64,000 nt of DNA from Myxococcota bacterium (GCA_965250285.1 OZ252299.1:4928001-4992000); one strand, 5' to 3'. Shown: positions 1 through 9,300, numbered from the stretch's first letter. The notes: a model not told the origin generated them from the sequence alone. Program-made: numbers and translations.

Positions 1-1
1 G

Positions 2-376
2 CCGAACCGCTGGTATTGGATCGGGTTCTCGGCGATCGGCGTCTACCCGATCTGGATGAGCATCGAGTCGACGCTCTACGGCCGAAAGATGCGGCGCCGT
101 CTCGAGCTGGGCCTCGCCGACGCGATGGTGGTCGACCGGTTCCGACTCTGGGCCATCGCATCGGCTTGCGCGGCCGGCGCGATCTGGACGGTCAACGTGC
201 CGAGCTGGCTGGGTGTGCAGGTCGGTAGCGACAGCGCGATCACGTCGGTCGCGATGATCGTGACGGCCTGCTTCGGTATCTCGACCGTCTGTCTCTACTG
301 GCTGACGTTCTTTCCGCCCGGCTGGTATCGCCAGCGCGTCGAGGGGCGAAGCGCGTCGGCGTCCGGCGCCGCCTGA
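2..376 (+). CDS. Membrane protein, C-terminal part (5'-truncated by window edge)
   Basis: Frame 2 is open from base 2 (PNRWYWIGFSAIGVYPIWMSIE...) with several hydrophobic segments; stop TGA at 374-376. Confidence 0.6.
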   Translation, partial: PNRWYWIGFSAIGVYPIWMSIESTLYGRKMRRRLELGLADAMVVDRFRLWAIASACAAGAIWTVNVPSWLGVQVGSDSAITSVAMIVTACFGISTVCLYWLTFFPPGWYRQRVEGRSASASGAA

Positions 377-562
377 ACGCCCCCGCCTCGAAGTCGAGCC
401 GCCCTCGGCGCTCGCTCGCCGGGTCACGCGGCGCCGGCGCCGAGGATTCCTCTCGAATTCATCCACCCCGACTGCGCGCGGCCGCTGGCCGCGGTGCCGA
501 CCCACGGGCTCGGCCGTATCATCGATGGGTTGCGCCGTGCTGTACGGCCGGGAGACCCAGGC

Positions 563-1594
563 ATGAAGACCCGCGTCACCGAGCTCTTCGAGATCGACCA
601 CCCTGTCCTCTGCCCCGGCATGAGCTGGATCTCGAAGCCCCCGCTCGTGGCCGCCGTGAGTGACGCGGGCGGGCTCGGTCTTCTGGCGACCGGCCCGCTC
701 AGCCCCGATGAAACACGCGCATCGATCCGTGAGATTCGCGAGCGCACCGATCGGCCCTTCGGTGTCGGTGTCACCCTGATGATGCCCGGCGCGATCGACA
801 ACGCGAAGATCGCGCTCGAAGAGCGGGTGCCGGTCGTGAACTTTCAGCTCGGCAAGGGCCGGTGGCTGATCGACGGCGTGCATGCGTACGGTGGCAAGGC
901 GATGCCGACGGTGACGAGCGTGCGTCATGCGCGATCAGCCGCGCGCGCCGGCGCCGACGCCGTGCTGGTGACCGGCCACGAGGCGGCGGCCCACGGCGAG
1001 CGCGTGACGTCGATGGTGCTCGTGCCGGCGGCGGCGAACGCCATCGACATCCCCGTCGTCGCGGCGGGAGGCTTCGCCGATGGGCGCGGTCTCGCCGCCG
1101 CCCTGTCGCTCGGTGCGGGGGCGATCGCGATGGGCACCCGCTTCGCCGCAACACGCGAGAGCGGCCTGCACGACCGAATGAAGGACGTGATCGTCGACAA
1201 GCAGGCCGAAGAGACGATCTACACCGACCGCTTCGACGGCATGTGGGCGCGCATCATGGAGACGCCGCGTTCGCATGAGGTGACCGACAAGCCGATGAGC
1301 TTCGCGAAGACGGCGGTGCATGCGGTGAAGGCCGGGCGCGCGATGGGGATGCCGGTGAAGCCGATCCTCGAGCGCATCGTCAAGGCGCCCGATCAGGTGC
1401 GGCTGCTCTCGCACTTCGGCTCGGCGATGCCCTACGTCGAGGCCGCGACGATCGAAGGCGACGTCGATCGCGGCGTGCAGTTCATCGGCCAGGCCCAGGG
1501 GCTGGTCGGCGACGTGCCAGGCGCGGCCGACATCGTCGAGCGCACGGTGCGTGAGGCAGCCGAGATCCTGGGATCGCTCGCGGCGTCGACCTGA
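563..1594 (+). CDS. Nitronate monooxygenase / FabK-like flavin-dependent oxidoreductase
   Basis: MKTRVTELFEIDHPVLCPGM..., GHEAAAH, VVAAGGFADGRGLAAALSLGA..MGTRF; GGAG upstream of ATG 563. Confidence 0.85.
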   Translation: MKTRVTELFEIDHPVLCPGMSWISKPPLVAAVSDAGGLGLLATGPLSPDETRASIREIRERTDRPFGVGVTLMMPGAIDNAKIALEERVPVVNFQLGKGRWLIDGVHAYGGKAMPTVTSVRHARSAARAGADAVLVTGHEAAAHGERVTSMVLVPAAANAIDIPVVAAGGFADGRGLAAALSLGAGAIAMGTRFAATRESGLHDRMKDVIVDKQAEETIYTDRFDGMWARIMETPRSHEVTDKPMSFAKTAVHAVKAGRAMGMPVKPILERIVKAPDQVRLLSHFGSAMPYVEAATIEGDVDRGVQFIGQAQGLVGDVPGAADIVERTVREAAEILGSLAAST

Positions 1595-1606
1595 CGAGCG
1601 CGGCCG

Positions 1607-2512
1607 TCACGAAGAAGACGATGAGGGGTCGTTCTCGAGGGGGGACTGGCCGCCGCGGAACTTCGGTCGGTCGAGCGGGCGCATCATCGCCTCCTGCACC
1701 GCCGTTGCGGTGAGTCGACCATGCGTGTCGTAGAGCAGCCCACGCGCGACGGCGCGCGCGCCGTGGGCGGCCGGGCTGTCGAGCTCGAAGAGCATCCAGT
1801 CGTCGACCCGGAAGGGCAGGTGGAACCAGATCGAGTGGTCGAGGCTCGCGGTCTGCATGTCCATGGCCGAGACGGGGTGCGGATGCAGCGCCGGCGCGGC
1901 GATGGCGTAGTCGGAGATGTAGGCGAACAGCGCCTGATGCAGAAGCGGGTCGTCGCCGACGTTCGAGCGCATGCGCATCCAGACCCGAGCGTTGGGGGGC
2001 CGCACCTCACGCGAGAACATCGCGAGCCCGCCGACGCCGCGAATCTCGACCGGCAGCTCCCAGTCGAGCTGCTTCATCTGTTCACCGGCCGGCGTCATGA
2101 CGCGCAGCAGGGCCTCTTCGTACGCCTCGCCCTCGGGCTCGCCGACGTCGTCCATCGGAATCTGATGCTCGGGCCCTGGCTCGGGCGCGTGATGCGAGGC
2201 GATCATCTTGAGGATCGGCTCGCCCGCCTGGCTCGCGGTGACGTCGAAGGTGTCGAAGGTGCGTGAGGTGCGGAGCGGGGTGACCGCGTAGCGGATCGGC
2301 TGCGTCGGGTCGCCGCGCTTCAAGAAGTAGGCGTGGAGCGAGTGCGCCGGGTGACCGCGGGAGCAGCGCTGCGCTGCGACGAGCGCTTGGGCGACGACCT
2401 GCCCTCCGAAGAGGTGCAGCCCGCCCATCGACTCGCTTTCGCCTTCGAAGCAGCGATCAGCGGTTTGCTTCAAATCCAGAAGCGCGAGGAGGTTCGAGAC
2501 CGAGTCCTTCAT
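1607..2512 (-). CDS. tesB: Acyl-CoA thioesterase II
   Basis: LFGGQVVAQAL, HSLHAYFL, AYISD, ASLDHSIWFH and QEAM motifs. Confidence 0.9.
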   Translation of the reverse strand: MKDSVSNLLALLDLKQTADRCFEGESESMGGLHLFGGQVVAQALVAAQRCSRGHPAHSLHAYFLKRGDPTQPIRYAVTPLRTSRTFDTFDVTASQAGEPILKMIASHHAPEPGPEHQIPMDDVGEPEGEAYEEALLRVMTPAGEQMKQLDWELPVEIRGVGGLAMFSREVRPPNARVWMRMRSNVGDDPLLHQALFAYISDYAIAAPALHPHPVSAMDMQTASLDHSIWFHLPFRVDDWMLFELDSPAAHGARAVARGLLYDTHGRLTATAVQEAMMRPLDRPKFRGGQSPLENDPSSSSS

Positions 2513-2566
2513 GATCGGCCGATTCTAACCGACTGGCGCTCGAGCGATGGCACCCGGGCGCCCCGG

Positions 2567-3238
2567 TCAGCCGCGCTTCAGCTCGGTCTCGATCGCCGTT
2601 TCGAGCTCGGCCGGTTGAAAACCGAAGGGGCCGGGCGCGCCCTGGTAGGCGATCTGCCCGCCCCGGCCCACGAGGTAGAGCCGGTCGGGCAACGCGCCAT
2701 AGGCCGAGGCGATGCGGTCGTCGACGTCGTCGATCACCACGGGCATCTCGATCTCGAGCCGGATCGCGCAGCTGGCCGCGACGTCGGCGCGCTCGTCATT
2801 CGTGGTCGGGTCGACGACCTCGATGCCCTCGTCCCGGTTCATGTTCACGACCCAGCCGTCTTCGGGGTGGGCCTCGCGGATGTAGACGACACCGAACTCG
2901 ACGCGGTCGCCGAAGCGACGCCACAACTCATGCAAGGCACCCAACTGGACGCGGAAGGGCGGTCAGGTGTACGAGCCGAAGATGAGTGCGACGGGCTTCG
3001 TCGCGGCGAGCGCCGAGAGCTGAAACATGCGCTCTGTTTTCTTTGCCGTACCGCTACTGAAATCGAAGATCGGTAGCTCGAAATCGAATGCCGAATCGCC
3101 GACGGCGAGATCCGCCGCCGACAGATCGGCGTGCTCCTGCATGACGTCGGGCAGACCCTTGGGCGAATCGGCGGGCGTGATGGCCTTCCAGTCGAACCCG
3201 GGCGGCAGCTTCGGAGTGTCTCGCTCGTCATCGGCCAT
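2567..3238 (-). CDS. Iodothyronine deiodinase-like selenoprotein (thioredoxin fold), Sec at TGA 2965-2963
   Basis: ORFs 2963..3316 and 2567..2944 share a frame; the joined sequence reads PVALIFGSYT-U-PPFRVQL...VYIREAHPEDGW...AYGALPDRLY...YQGAPGP; GAGGAGG RBS before ATG 3238. Confidence 0.88.
2937..2952 (-). promoter_or_regulatory. Candidate bacterial SECIS hairpin
   Basis: GCGUCC-AGUU-GGGUGC stem-loop; the apical loop starts 16 nt after the UGA and has G at position 2. Confidence 0.5.
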
Positions 3239-3370
3239 GGTGTCGCCTCCTCGCACATGCCCTTGGTCGGGTGCGCGCATCGTGGAGAGCATGACCGCGC
3301 GACGCCGGGCTGTCACGCCCGACGCGCGTCGAGCCGGCTCGATGCGTGTCTGCGATGCGGCTCGGGCGCT

Positions 3371-3560
3371 TCAGCCCGCGCTTCTTGAGCCTGACTCGTT
3401 CGGGACGCCGCTCAGCCCGCGCTTCTTGAGCCTGACTCGTTCGGGACGCCGCTCAGCCCGCGCTTCTTGAGCCTGACTCGTTCGGGACGCCGCTCAGCCC
3501 GCGCTTCTTGAGCCTGACCGGTGCGGGGGGCGCTCAGCCCGCGCTCGCCTTGAGCTTGAC
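3371..3560. repeat. 41-bp tandem repeat (3 exact copies and 1 partial) resembling the 3' end of the adjacent gene
   Basis: TCAGCCCGCGCTTCTTGAGCCTGACTCGTTCGGGACGCCGC at 3371, 3412, 3453, partial at 3494; gene end at 3534 reads TCAGCCCGCGCTCGCCTTGAGCTTGAC. Confidence 0.95.
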
Positions 3561-4100
3561 CTTGCCGGCCTCGACCACGACGCGAAAGTTCACCTTCTCG
3601 CAGCCGAGCTTGGCCTTCACGGCCTTCTCCTGCTTCGAGATCACAGCTTCGAGCTTCGCAGGGGTCAGCCCCTTCACGCTCTCACCGCAGGCGAGGCGTG
3701 CGTCGCGGTAGGCCTCGAAGAGGTCGCCGCTGCTCTGGTTCGGGGCGCCGCCCGCTGCGCCGCCCTTCCCTGCGCCACCGACGCCCAGGCCCCGCTCGCG
3801 GTCGTGGAGGTCCGCCTTGAAGACGTGGCGCTTGTACGTGCCCGCGTCGATCTGGCGCAGGATCGTGTCCCACTGTCGCTTGAACGCCTGGAACCGACTG
3901 TTGATCGAGTTGAAGCGGAACCGCTGGGCCGTGTTCTGGATCGGCTGGTTCGTGTACTTCAGGACGGTCTTCTGGATCTCGCCGCGAAGCAGCTGGGGCT
4001 CGCGCGGGCGGGTGCCACTGAAGTACTGCTCGTACTCCAGCTTCGCCTGCTTCACCTTGTTCTCGAGAATCGTGAGCTCTTCTTCGAGCGTTGCCGCCAC
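3534..4100 (-). CDS. MXAN_5187 C-terminal-domain-like protein
   Basis: LEYEQYFSG..PREP, RFRFNSI..RF...W and C-terminal VNFRVVVEAGKVKLKA; GGAGG before GTG start. Confidence 0.75.
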   Translation of the reverse strand: MAATLEEELTILENKVKQAKLEYEQYFSGTRPREPQLLRGEIQKTVLKYTNQPIQNTAQRFRFNSINSRFQAFKRQWDTILRQIDAGTYKRHVFKADLHDRERGLGVGGAGKGGAAGGAPNQSSGDLFEAYRDARLACGESVKGLTPAKLEAVISKQEKAVKAKLGCEKVNFRVVVEAGKVKLKASAG

Positions 4101-4259
4101 GGCACACCTCCGCAGAGGTCGCTTCGGCCTGGAGCCCCTGCGGCTTGAGGACCCCGATCACCCCCGCTGGGGCGGCGCTGCGGGCCCGCGACTCGCATGA
4201 TGACGCGGTCTCCCGATTCTCGCGTCATGCGGTCGCGTCATCTTGGTGGGATCGAGGCG

Positions 4260-4275
4260 AGCAAGTGCCTCTCCG
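4260..4275 (-). promoter_or_regulatory. Possible sigma54 (-24/-12) promoter for the MXAN_5187-like gene
   Basis: CGGAGAGGCACTTGCT has GG-N10-GC with TTGCT; an AT-rich tract and TGACGC repeats lie upstream. Confidence 0.4.
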
Positions 4276-4415
4276 CGTTCATTCATCAATAAAATCGGAT
4301 GTTTATGGGTGGCATCGAGCGTCCGATCTGGGCCTGACGCAGGCTCTGACGCAAGGGATGACGCGCGCGCATCCCAACCGATGACGCGTGCGTCAGGGCG
4401 TCGGGCCGGACTGCG

Positions 4416-5111
4416 TCAAGGCCGCGTCAACACTGCATCGACATGGTCGAGATCAATCGATGACGCGCTTGGCTGTTCGTCTGGAGCGAGCGGCGGGATC
4501 TCACCGATCAGCCGGGCCCCGAGCTGGCGCCGCAGGTCGCCGAGGTTGGCGGTGTCGGCGTTGCTCAGCGGGCCATCGCTGTGCGAGACCACGACGCCGA
4601 CGCACTCGAGACCGCGGCGGTCCAGCTCGGCCAGGGTGAGCAGCGTGTGATTGATCGTGCCCAGCGACGCCCGCGCGACGACGAGCACCGGCAGGCCCAG
4701 ATCGAGGGCGAGGTCGGCCATGTCGGCCTCGTCGGTGACGGGGACCAGCAGGCCCCCCGCGCCCTCGACGACGACACATTCGTGGCGCGCCTCTAGCTCG
4801 GCGAAGGCGCTGCGAATCGGCTCGAGTGCGACGCTCCGTCCCTCGGCGGCGGCGGCGACGTTGGGCGCAGCCGGCATCGCGAATTGGAAGGGGCAGACGA
4901 GATCGAGCGGGTCGGTCTCGCCGGCCGCCGTTCGCAGCGCCTGGGCATCGAGCGGGCCGGCCGACTCGACCCCTGTCTCGGCCGGCTTCATGGCACCCAC
5001 ATCGACCCCGCGAGCCCGCAGGCCCCGCACGACCGTCGTGCTGACGACCGTCTTGCCGACGCCCGTATCGGTGCCGGTCACGAAGAGGCTGCGACGAGCG
5101 GGGGGCGCCAT
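4416..5111 (-). CDS. bioD: Dethiobiotin synthase
   Basis: FVTGTDTGVGKT, MKPAETG, VVEGAGGLLVP, LGTINHTLL. Confidence 0.95.
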   Translation of the reverse strand: MAPPARRSLFVTGTDTGVGKTVVSTTVVRGLRARGVDVGAMKPAETGVESAGPLDAQALRTAAGETDPLDLVCPFQFAMPAAPNVAAAAEGRSVALEPIRSAFAELEARHECVVVEGAGGLLVPVTDEADMADLALDLGLPVLVVARASLGTINHTLLTLAELDRRGLECVGVVVSHSDGPLSNADTANLGDLRRQLGARLIGEIPPLAPDEQPSASSIDLDHVDAVLTRP

Positions 5112-5119
5112 CGTGCGGC

Positions 5120-6331
5120 TCAGGCCGAGGCCACTTCGGCTCGGCCGAGCACGTGCGGGGCGCGCTGCTCGAGCGTCTCGACGAGCACCTCGACGAGCGC
5201 ATCGATCTCGTCGTCGGCATGCGTCGCCATCGGCGTGATGCGCAGCCGCGCGGTGCCCTCGGGCACCGACGGGTGGCGGATGCCCTGGGCGTAGAAGCCG
5301 CGGGCGAGCATGTCTTCGCAGACCGCCATCGTCGTCGGGTTGTCGCCGATCACGACGGGCACGATCTGGGTCTCGGAGGGCGCCGTCGAGATGCCGTGGA
5401 CCGCGAGGCCGTCGCGCAATCGTTTCGCTTTCAATTGCAGAGCGACGCGCCGACCCGGCTCTCGGCGCACGAGGTCGATCGCTGCCCGAGCCGCTGCGAC
5501 CTGGGGCGGTGCCAGCGCGCACGAGAAGATGAAGCTGCGGGCGGTGTTGACGAGCAGCTCGCGCAGCAGGTGACTGCCCGCCACGAACGCGCCGAAGGCA
5601 CCGAGTGCCTTGCCGAGCGTGCCCATGTGGACGTCGACGAGGTCGAGCACGCCCTGGTGCTCGCCCGACCCGCGGCCGAGCTCGCCGATGCAGCCCGTGC
5701 CGTGCGCATCATCGAGCAGAGTCATGCAATCGTACTGCTTCGCGATCGAGAGCATCTCGCGAAGCGGCGGCATGTGACCATCCATCGAGTAGACGCCATC
5801 GAGCGCCAGCAGCACGCGTCGCCCCGCCGAGCGGGCCTCGTCGCACACCTTCGCGAGCCGCTCGGTGTCGCCATGGGCGATCACCTCGACCTCGGCGCGC
5901 GAGAGCTTCGCCCCGTCGATGATCGAAGCGTGATTCAGCCGGTCGCTCACGATCAGATCACGCGGGCCGACGAGCGCCGGGATCACGCCGACGTTGGCCA
6001 TGTACCCGGTGCCGAACGCGAGCGCCGCTTCGGTGCCCATCAGCTCGGCGAGCTCGGCCTCGAGCGCCTCGTGCAAGTCGAGGTTGCCGGTGATGAGGCG
6101 CGACCCGCCGGCCGCGCAGCCATGCGAGTCGGCGGCGGCCGCGGCCGCCTGCATCACTTCGGGGTGTCGGGCGAGGTCGAGGTAGTTGCTGCCGGCGAAG
6201 AGCAGACAGTCGCGGCCGTCGACGTGCATCCGCGTGGCCTGGGCGCCGGCGAGCACGCGCATGCGCCGATGCGTTCCGCGTTCGCGGATCGCACCCAGCG
6301 TCTCATGGGCGACGTCGTCGAGCAGCGCCAC
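5120..6331 (-). CDS. bioF: 8-amino-7-oxononanoate synthase
   Basis: SNYLDL, GGSRLITG, DRLNHASIIDG, DGVYSMDG, DDAHG, GTLGKALG, TARLR. Confidence 0.95.
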   Translation of the reverse strand: MALLDDVAHETLGAIRERGTHRRMRVLAGAQATRMHVDGRDCLLFAGSNYLDLARHPEVMQAAAAAADSHGCAAGGSRLITGNLDLHEALEAELAELMGTEAALAFGTGYMANVGVIPALVGPRDLIVSDRLNHASIIDGAKLSRAEVEVIAHGDTERLAKVCDEARSAGRRVLLALDGVYSMDGHMPPLREMLSIAKQYDCMTLLDDAHGTGCIGELGRGSGEHQGVLDLVDVHMGTLGKALGAFGAFVAGSHLLRELLVNTARSFIFSCALAPPQVAAARAAIDLVRREPGRRVALQLKAKRLRDGLAVHGISTAPSETQIVPVVIGDNPTTMAVCEDMLARGFYAQGIRHPSVPEGTARLRITPMATHADDEIDALVEVLVETLEQRAPHVLGRAEVASA

Positions 6332-6349
6332 GACCGACCGCCGCGCGCG

Positions 6350-7504
6350 CTAGCGCGCGTCTCCGCCGTCGGCCGAGTCGATCTGCAGCAGCGGCGTCTT
6401 CGAGATGCCGCGCTGACCATCGGGCCCGGCGATCTCGGGCTTGATCAGCTGGTCGCCGCCCCCCGGCACCTGGAACGCCTCGGCGCCCGTGGCTTCGGTC
6501 GCGCTGGCGAGCAGCGAGTCGTCGTACATCGCGTTGCCCTCGACCTCGAAGCCCGCGTCGCGGATCAGCTCGTAGGTCTCGCGCGTCGCATCGCCCCGGG
6601 TCGTGAGATAGCCGTCGACGAAGAGCGAGTTCGCCGCGTAGAGCGCCATCGCCTGCAGGCCGCGCAGGTGCCCTTCACGGCCGCCCGCGATGCGCAGCTC
6701 GGCGCGCGGGTTCGCGAAGCGCATCAGGCAGAGGCCGCGCAGGCAGCGCTCGGGCGTGAGCGAGCCGTCGTCCATCACCTGGTTGCCTTCGATCGGGATC
6801 AAGAAGTTCACCGGGATCGAGGGCACGTCGAGGCGTCGCAGATCGCTCGCGACCTCGAAGACGTCGGCGCTCGTCTCACCCATGCCGAGGATCAGCCCGC
6901 TGCACGAACCGATGCCGTGGCTGCGCGCCGCCTCGAGGGTCTTGATGCGATCGGCGTAGGTATGCGTCGAGCAGATCTTCTCGTAGTTCTTCTCGCTGGT
7001 GTTCAGGTTGTGGTTGAGGCGATCGAGCCCGGCCTCGCCGAGAATGCGCGCGTGCTCGTCTTCGATGAGCCCCGCCGAGAGACAGACCTCGATCGGGTAC
7101 TTGTCCTTGATGCCCTTGATCAGCCCGGCGAGCTTCTTCGTGCGCTCGATCGACGGTCCCCGACCCGAGAGCACCATGCAGTAGCGACTCGCGCCCGACT
7201 GCGCGGCGCGCTCCGCCTCTTCGAAGATCTCGTCGTCGGTCTTCATCGGGTACTGCCGAATCGCCGCCTTCGAGTTCTTGTTCTGCGAGCAGTAGCCGCA
7301 GTCTTCGGGGCAGAGCCCGTTCTGCACGTTGTTCAGGATGTGCACCATGACCTTGCGACCGAAGTGCGCCTGGCGCGGCTGAAAGGCCGCGTGCAGCAGG
7401 GGCAGCAGCTCGACGCCGGGGTCGTCCATGATGCGGACGGCGTCTTCGAGCGCGAGGTGTTCGTCGCGCAGGGCGGCGTCGGCGAGGCGGGCGTAGAAAT
7501 CCAT
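6350..7504 (-). CDS. bioB: Biotin synthase (radical SAM)
   Basis: CPEDCGYCSQ, NHNLNTS, CSGLILGMGE, SIPVNFL, RIAGGRE, ANSLF..YLTT. Confidence 0.96.
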   Translation of the reverse strand: MDFYARLADAALRDEHLALEDAVRIMDDPGVELLPLLHAAFQPRQAHFGRKVMVHILNNVQNGLCPEDCGYCSQNKNSKAAIRQYPMKTDDEIFEEAERAAQSGASRYCMVLSGRGPSIERTKKLAGLIKGIKDKYPIEVCLSAGLIEDEHARILGEAGLDRLNHNLNTSEKNYEKICSTHTYADRIKTLEAARSHGIGSCSGLILGMGETSADVFEVASDLRRLDVPSIPVNFLIPIEGNQVMDDGSLTPERCLRGLCLMRFANPRAELRIAGGREGHLRGLQAMALYAANSLFVDGYLTTRGDATRETYELIRDAGFEVEGNAMYDDSLLASATEATGAEAFQVPGGGDQLIKPEIAGPDGQRGISKTPLLQIDSADGGDAR

Positions 7505-7626
7505 GGGGCAGGGGCTCCAGCTGGGTGGGCGGGGCTGTCGGGGATCGGCCGTCGCGCGGGCCGGGCCGGGCGAGTCGACCCGGCCGGGCCGCTCGCCGTC
7601 CAAGCCTAGGGACGGGGCCGAAGCGC

Positions 7627-7656
7627 TGTCAACCAGCGCGGCAGTGGCGGTTGACG
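7627..7656. promoter_or_regulatory. BirA operator overlapping the bioB -35 element
   Basis: TGTCAACC-N14-GGTTGACG; on the minus strand TTGACA (7632-7627), 18 nt, TAGGCT (7608-7603). Confidence 0.8.
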
Positions 7657-7780
7657 GGCTGGAGCGCGCGATGGGTCGGGCGCGCCGGGACACCTCGGGC
7701 CGAGCTGAAACCGGGCTGAGCAGCCCGAGACGGGTCGAATCGCCTCGCACCTCGCCTCGCGCCGACTACACTGCCGCGTC

Positions 7781-9217
7781 ATGGCCAAGGCCCGCACCGT
7801 CTTCACATGCAACGAATGCGGCGCCCAGCAGCCGAAGTGGCTGGGGCGCTGCCCCGAATGCGGCGCCTGGGACAGCCTGGTCGAAGAGCGATTCGCGAAG
7901 CCGGTCGCGCCACCCGCGGGGGCTCCGGCCGGTTTCGGCAGCGTCGAGGGCGACGGCAAACCGCTCGCCCTCGGCGAGATCGACGCCGACGCGCGGCCGC
8001 GCCTGCCGACGGGCATCGACGAGCTCGACCGGGTGCTCGGCGGGGGCCTGGTGCCCGGGTCGGTCGTGCTGCTCGGCGGCGAGCCCGGCGTCGGCAAGTC
8101 GACGCTCGCGCTCCAGGCGGCGGCGAAGATCCAGGGCCGCGGCCACCGGGTGCTCTACGTGAGCGGCGAGGAGAGCCCCGAGCAGATCCGGCTGCGCGCG
8201 GATCGGCTGGAGGACGTACCGGCCGACATCCGGGTGCTCGCCGAGACGCGGGTCGAGGCCATTGCCGAACCGTGGCAGGAGCTGCGGCCCGACTTTTTGT
8301 TGATCGACTCGATCCAGACGATGCGCTGCGAACGCGTCGAGTCGGCCGCGGGCAGCGTGGCGCAGGTGCGCGAGAGCGCGGCGATGCTCGCGGCGATGGC
8401 GAAGCAACAGGGCACGGCGCTGGTGCTCGTCGGCCACGTCACGAAGGAGGGCTCGATCGCCGGCCCGCGCGTGCTCGAGCACCTGGTCGACGCCGTGCTC
8501 GCGTTCGAGGGCGACCGCCAGCATGCGTTCCGCTTGCTGCGGGCGACGAAGAACCGCTTCGGTTCGGCGCAGGAGGTCGGGGTCTTTCACATGAACGATG
8601 CGGGGCTCGAGCCGGTCGAGAACCCGAGCGAGCTCTTCCTCGCCGAACGTGCGAGCGGTGCGCCGGGCGCGTGCATCGTGCCGATCCTCGAGGGCACGCG
8701 GCCGATGCTGGTCGAAGTGCAGGCGCTCGTGGCGGGCGCGGCATACGGCACGCCGCGGCGCACGACCATCGGCATGGAGGATGGGCGCGTCGCGCTGCTG
8801 CTCGCGGTGCTCGATCGTCGCACCGATGTCGATCTGCTCTCGCGCGACGTCTACGTGAACGTGGCCGGTGGCGTGCGGGTGGGCGAGACGGCAGCCGATC
8901 TCGCGCTCGTGCTCGCGATCGCGTCGAGTCGGCTCGACCTCGAGGTGCCGGCGACGGTGGCGGCCTGCGGCGAGGTGGGGCTCTCGGGCGAGGTGCGGCG
9001 GGTCGCGCGCCTCGACGTACGGGTGCGTGAGGCGGCGCGCCTCGGCTTCGAGACCGTGCTGGTCCCCGACGCCTCGGCGAAGAAGCTGGCCAAGGACGCA
9101 GAATGCGAACTCGTTCCCATTCGGACGGTGGCGGACGCCGTCGGCTGGTTGCGTTCCCACGCCACCGCGATCCGGACGCCCGGGGGCACTGCTCGGGACG
9201 CCTCCGAGCATCATTGA
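7781..9217 (+). CDS. radA: DNA repair protein RadA/Sms
   Basis: CxxC...CxxC zinc finger, GGEPGVGKST, DSIQT, GHVTKEG, KNRFG, Lon-like C-terminus. Confidence 0.97.
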   Translation: MAKARTVFTCNECGAQQPKWLGRCPECGAWDSLVEERFAKPVAPPAGAPAGFGSVEGDGKPLALGEIDADARPRLPTGIDELDRVLGGGLVPGSVVLLGGEPGVGKSTLALQAAAKIQGRGHRVLYVSGEESPEQIRLRADRLEDVPADIRVLAETRVEAIAEPWQELRPDFLLIDSIQTMRCERVESAAGSVAQVRESAAMLAAMAKQQGTALVLVGHVTKEGSIAGPRVLEHLVDAVLAFEGDRQHAFRLLRATKNRFGSAQEVGVFHMNDAGLEPVENPSELFLAERASGAPGACIVPILEGTRPMLVEVQALVAGAAYGTPRRTTIGMEDGRVALLLAVLDRRTDVDLLSRDVYVNVAGGVRVGETAADLALVLAIASSRLDLEVPATVAACGEVGLSGEVRRVARLDVRVREAARLGFETVLVPDASAKKLAKDAECELVPIRTVADAVGWLRSHATAIRTPGGTARDASEHH

Positions 9218-9300
9218 ACGTACGATAAACGTCCGGAAACCCTGCATTTTTCGGTTTCGTCCAACTGGACACGCCAGAGCGTCGCGCTAGCTTCGAACCG

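Noticed and set aside
2963..2965. Nonsense mutation making the deiodinase-like gene a pseudogene
   Set aside because: The stop is UGA exactly at the catalytic Sec position of the family and both halves look intact
3371..3560. Possible CRISPR array
   Set aside because: Units are contiguous and identical with no unique spacers; no cas genes in the window
5153..7609. Long opposite-strand or alternate-frame ORFs (also 35876..38779, 44546..46720, 41538..42830, 61468..62982)
   Set aside because: Shadows of well-supported genes, as expected in high-GC DNA; no recognisable motifs
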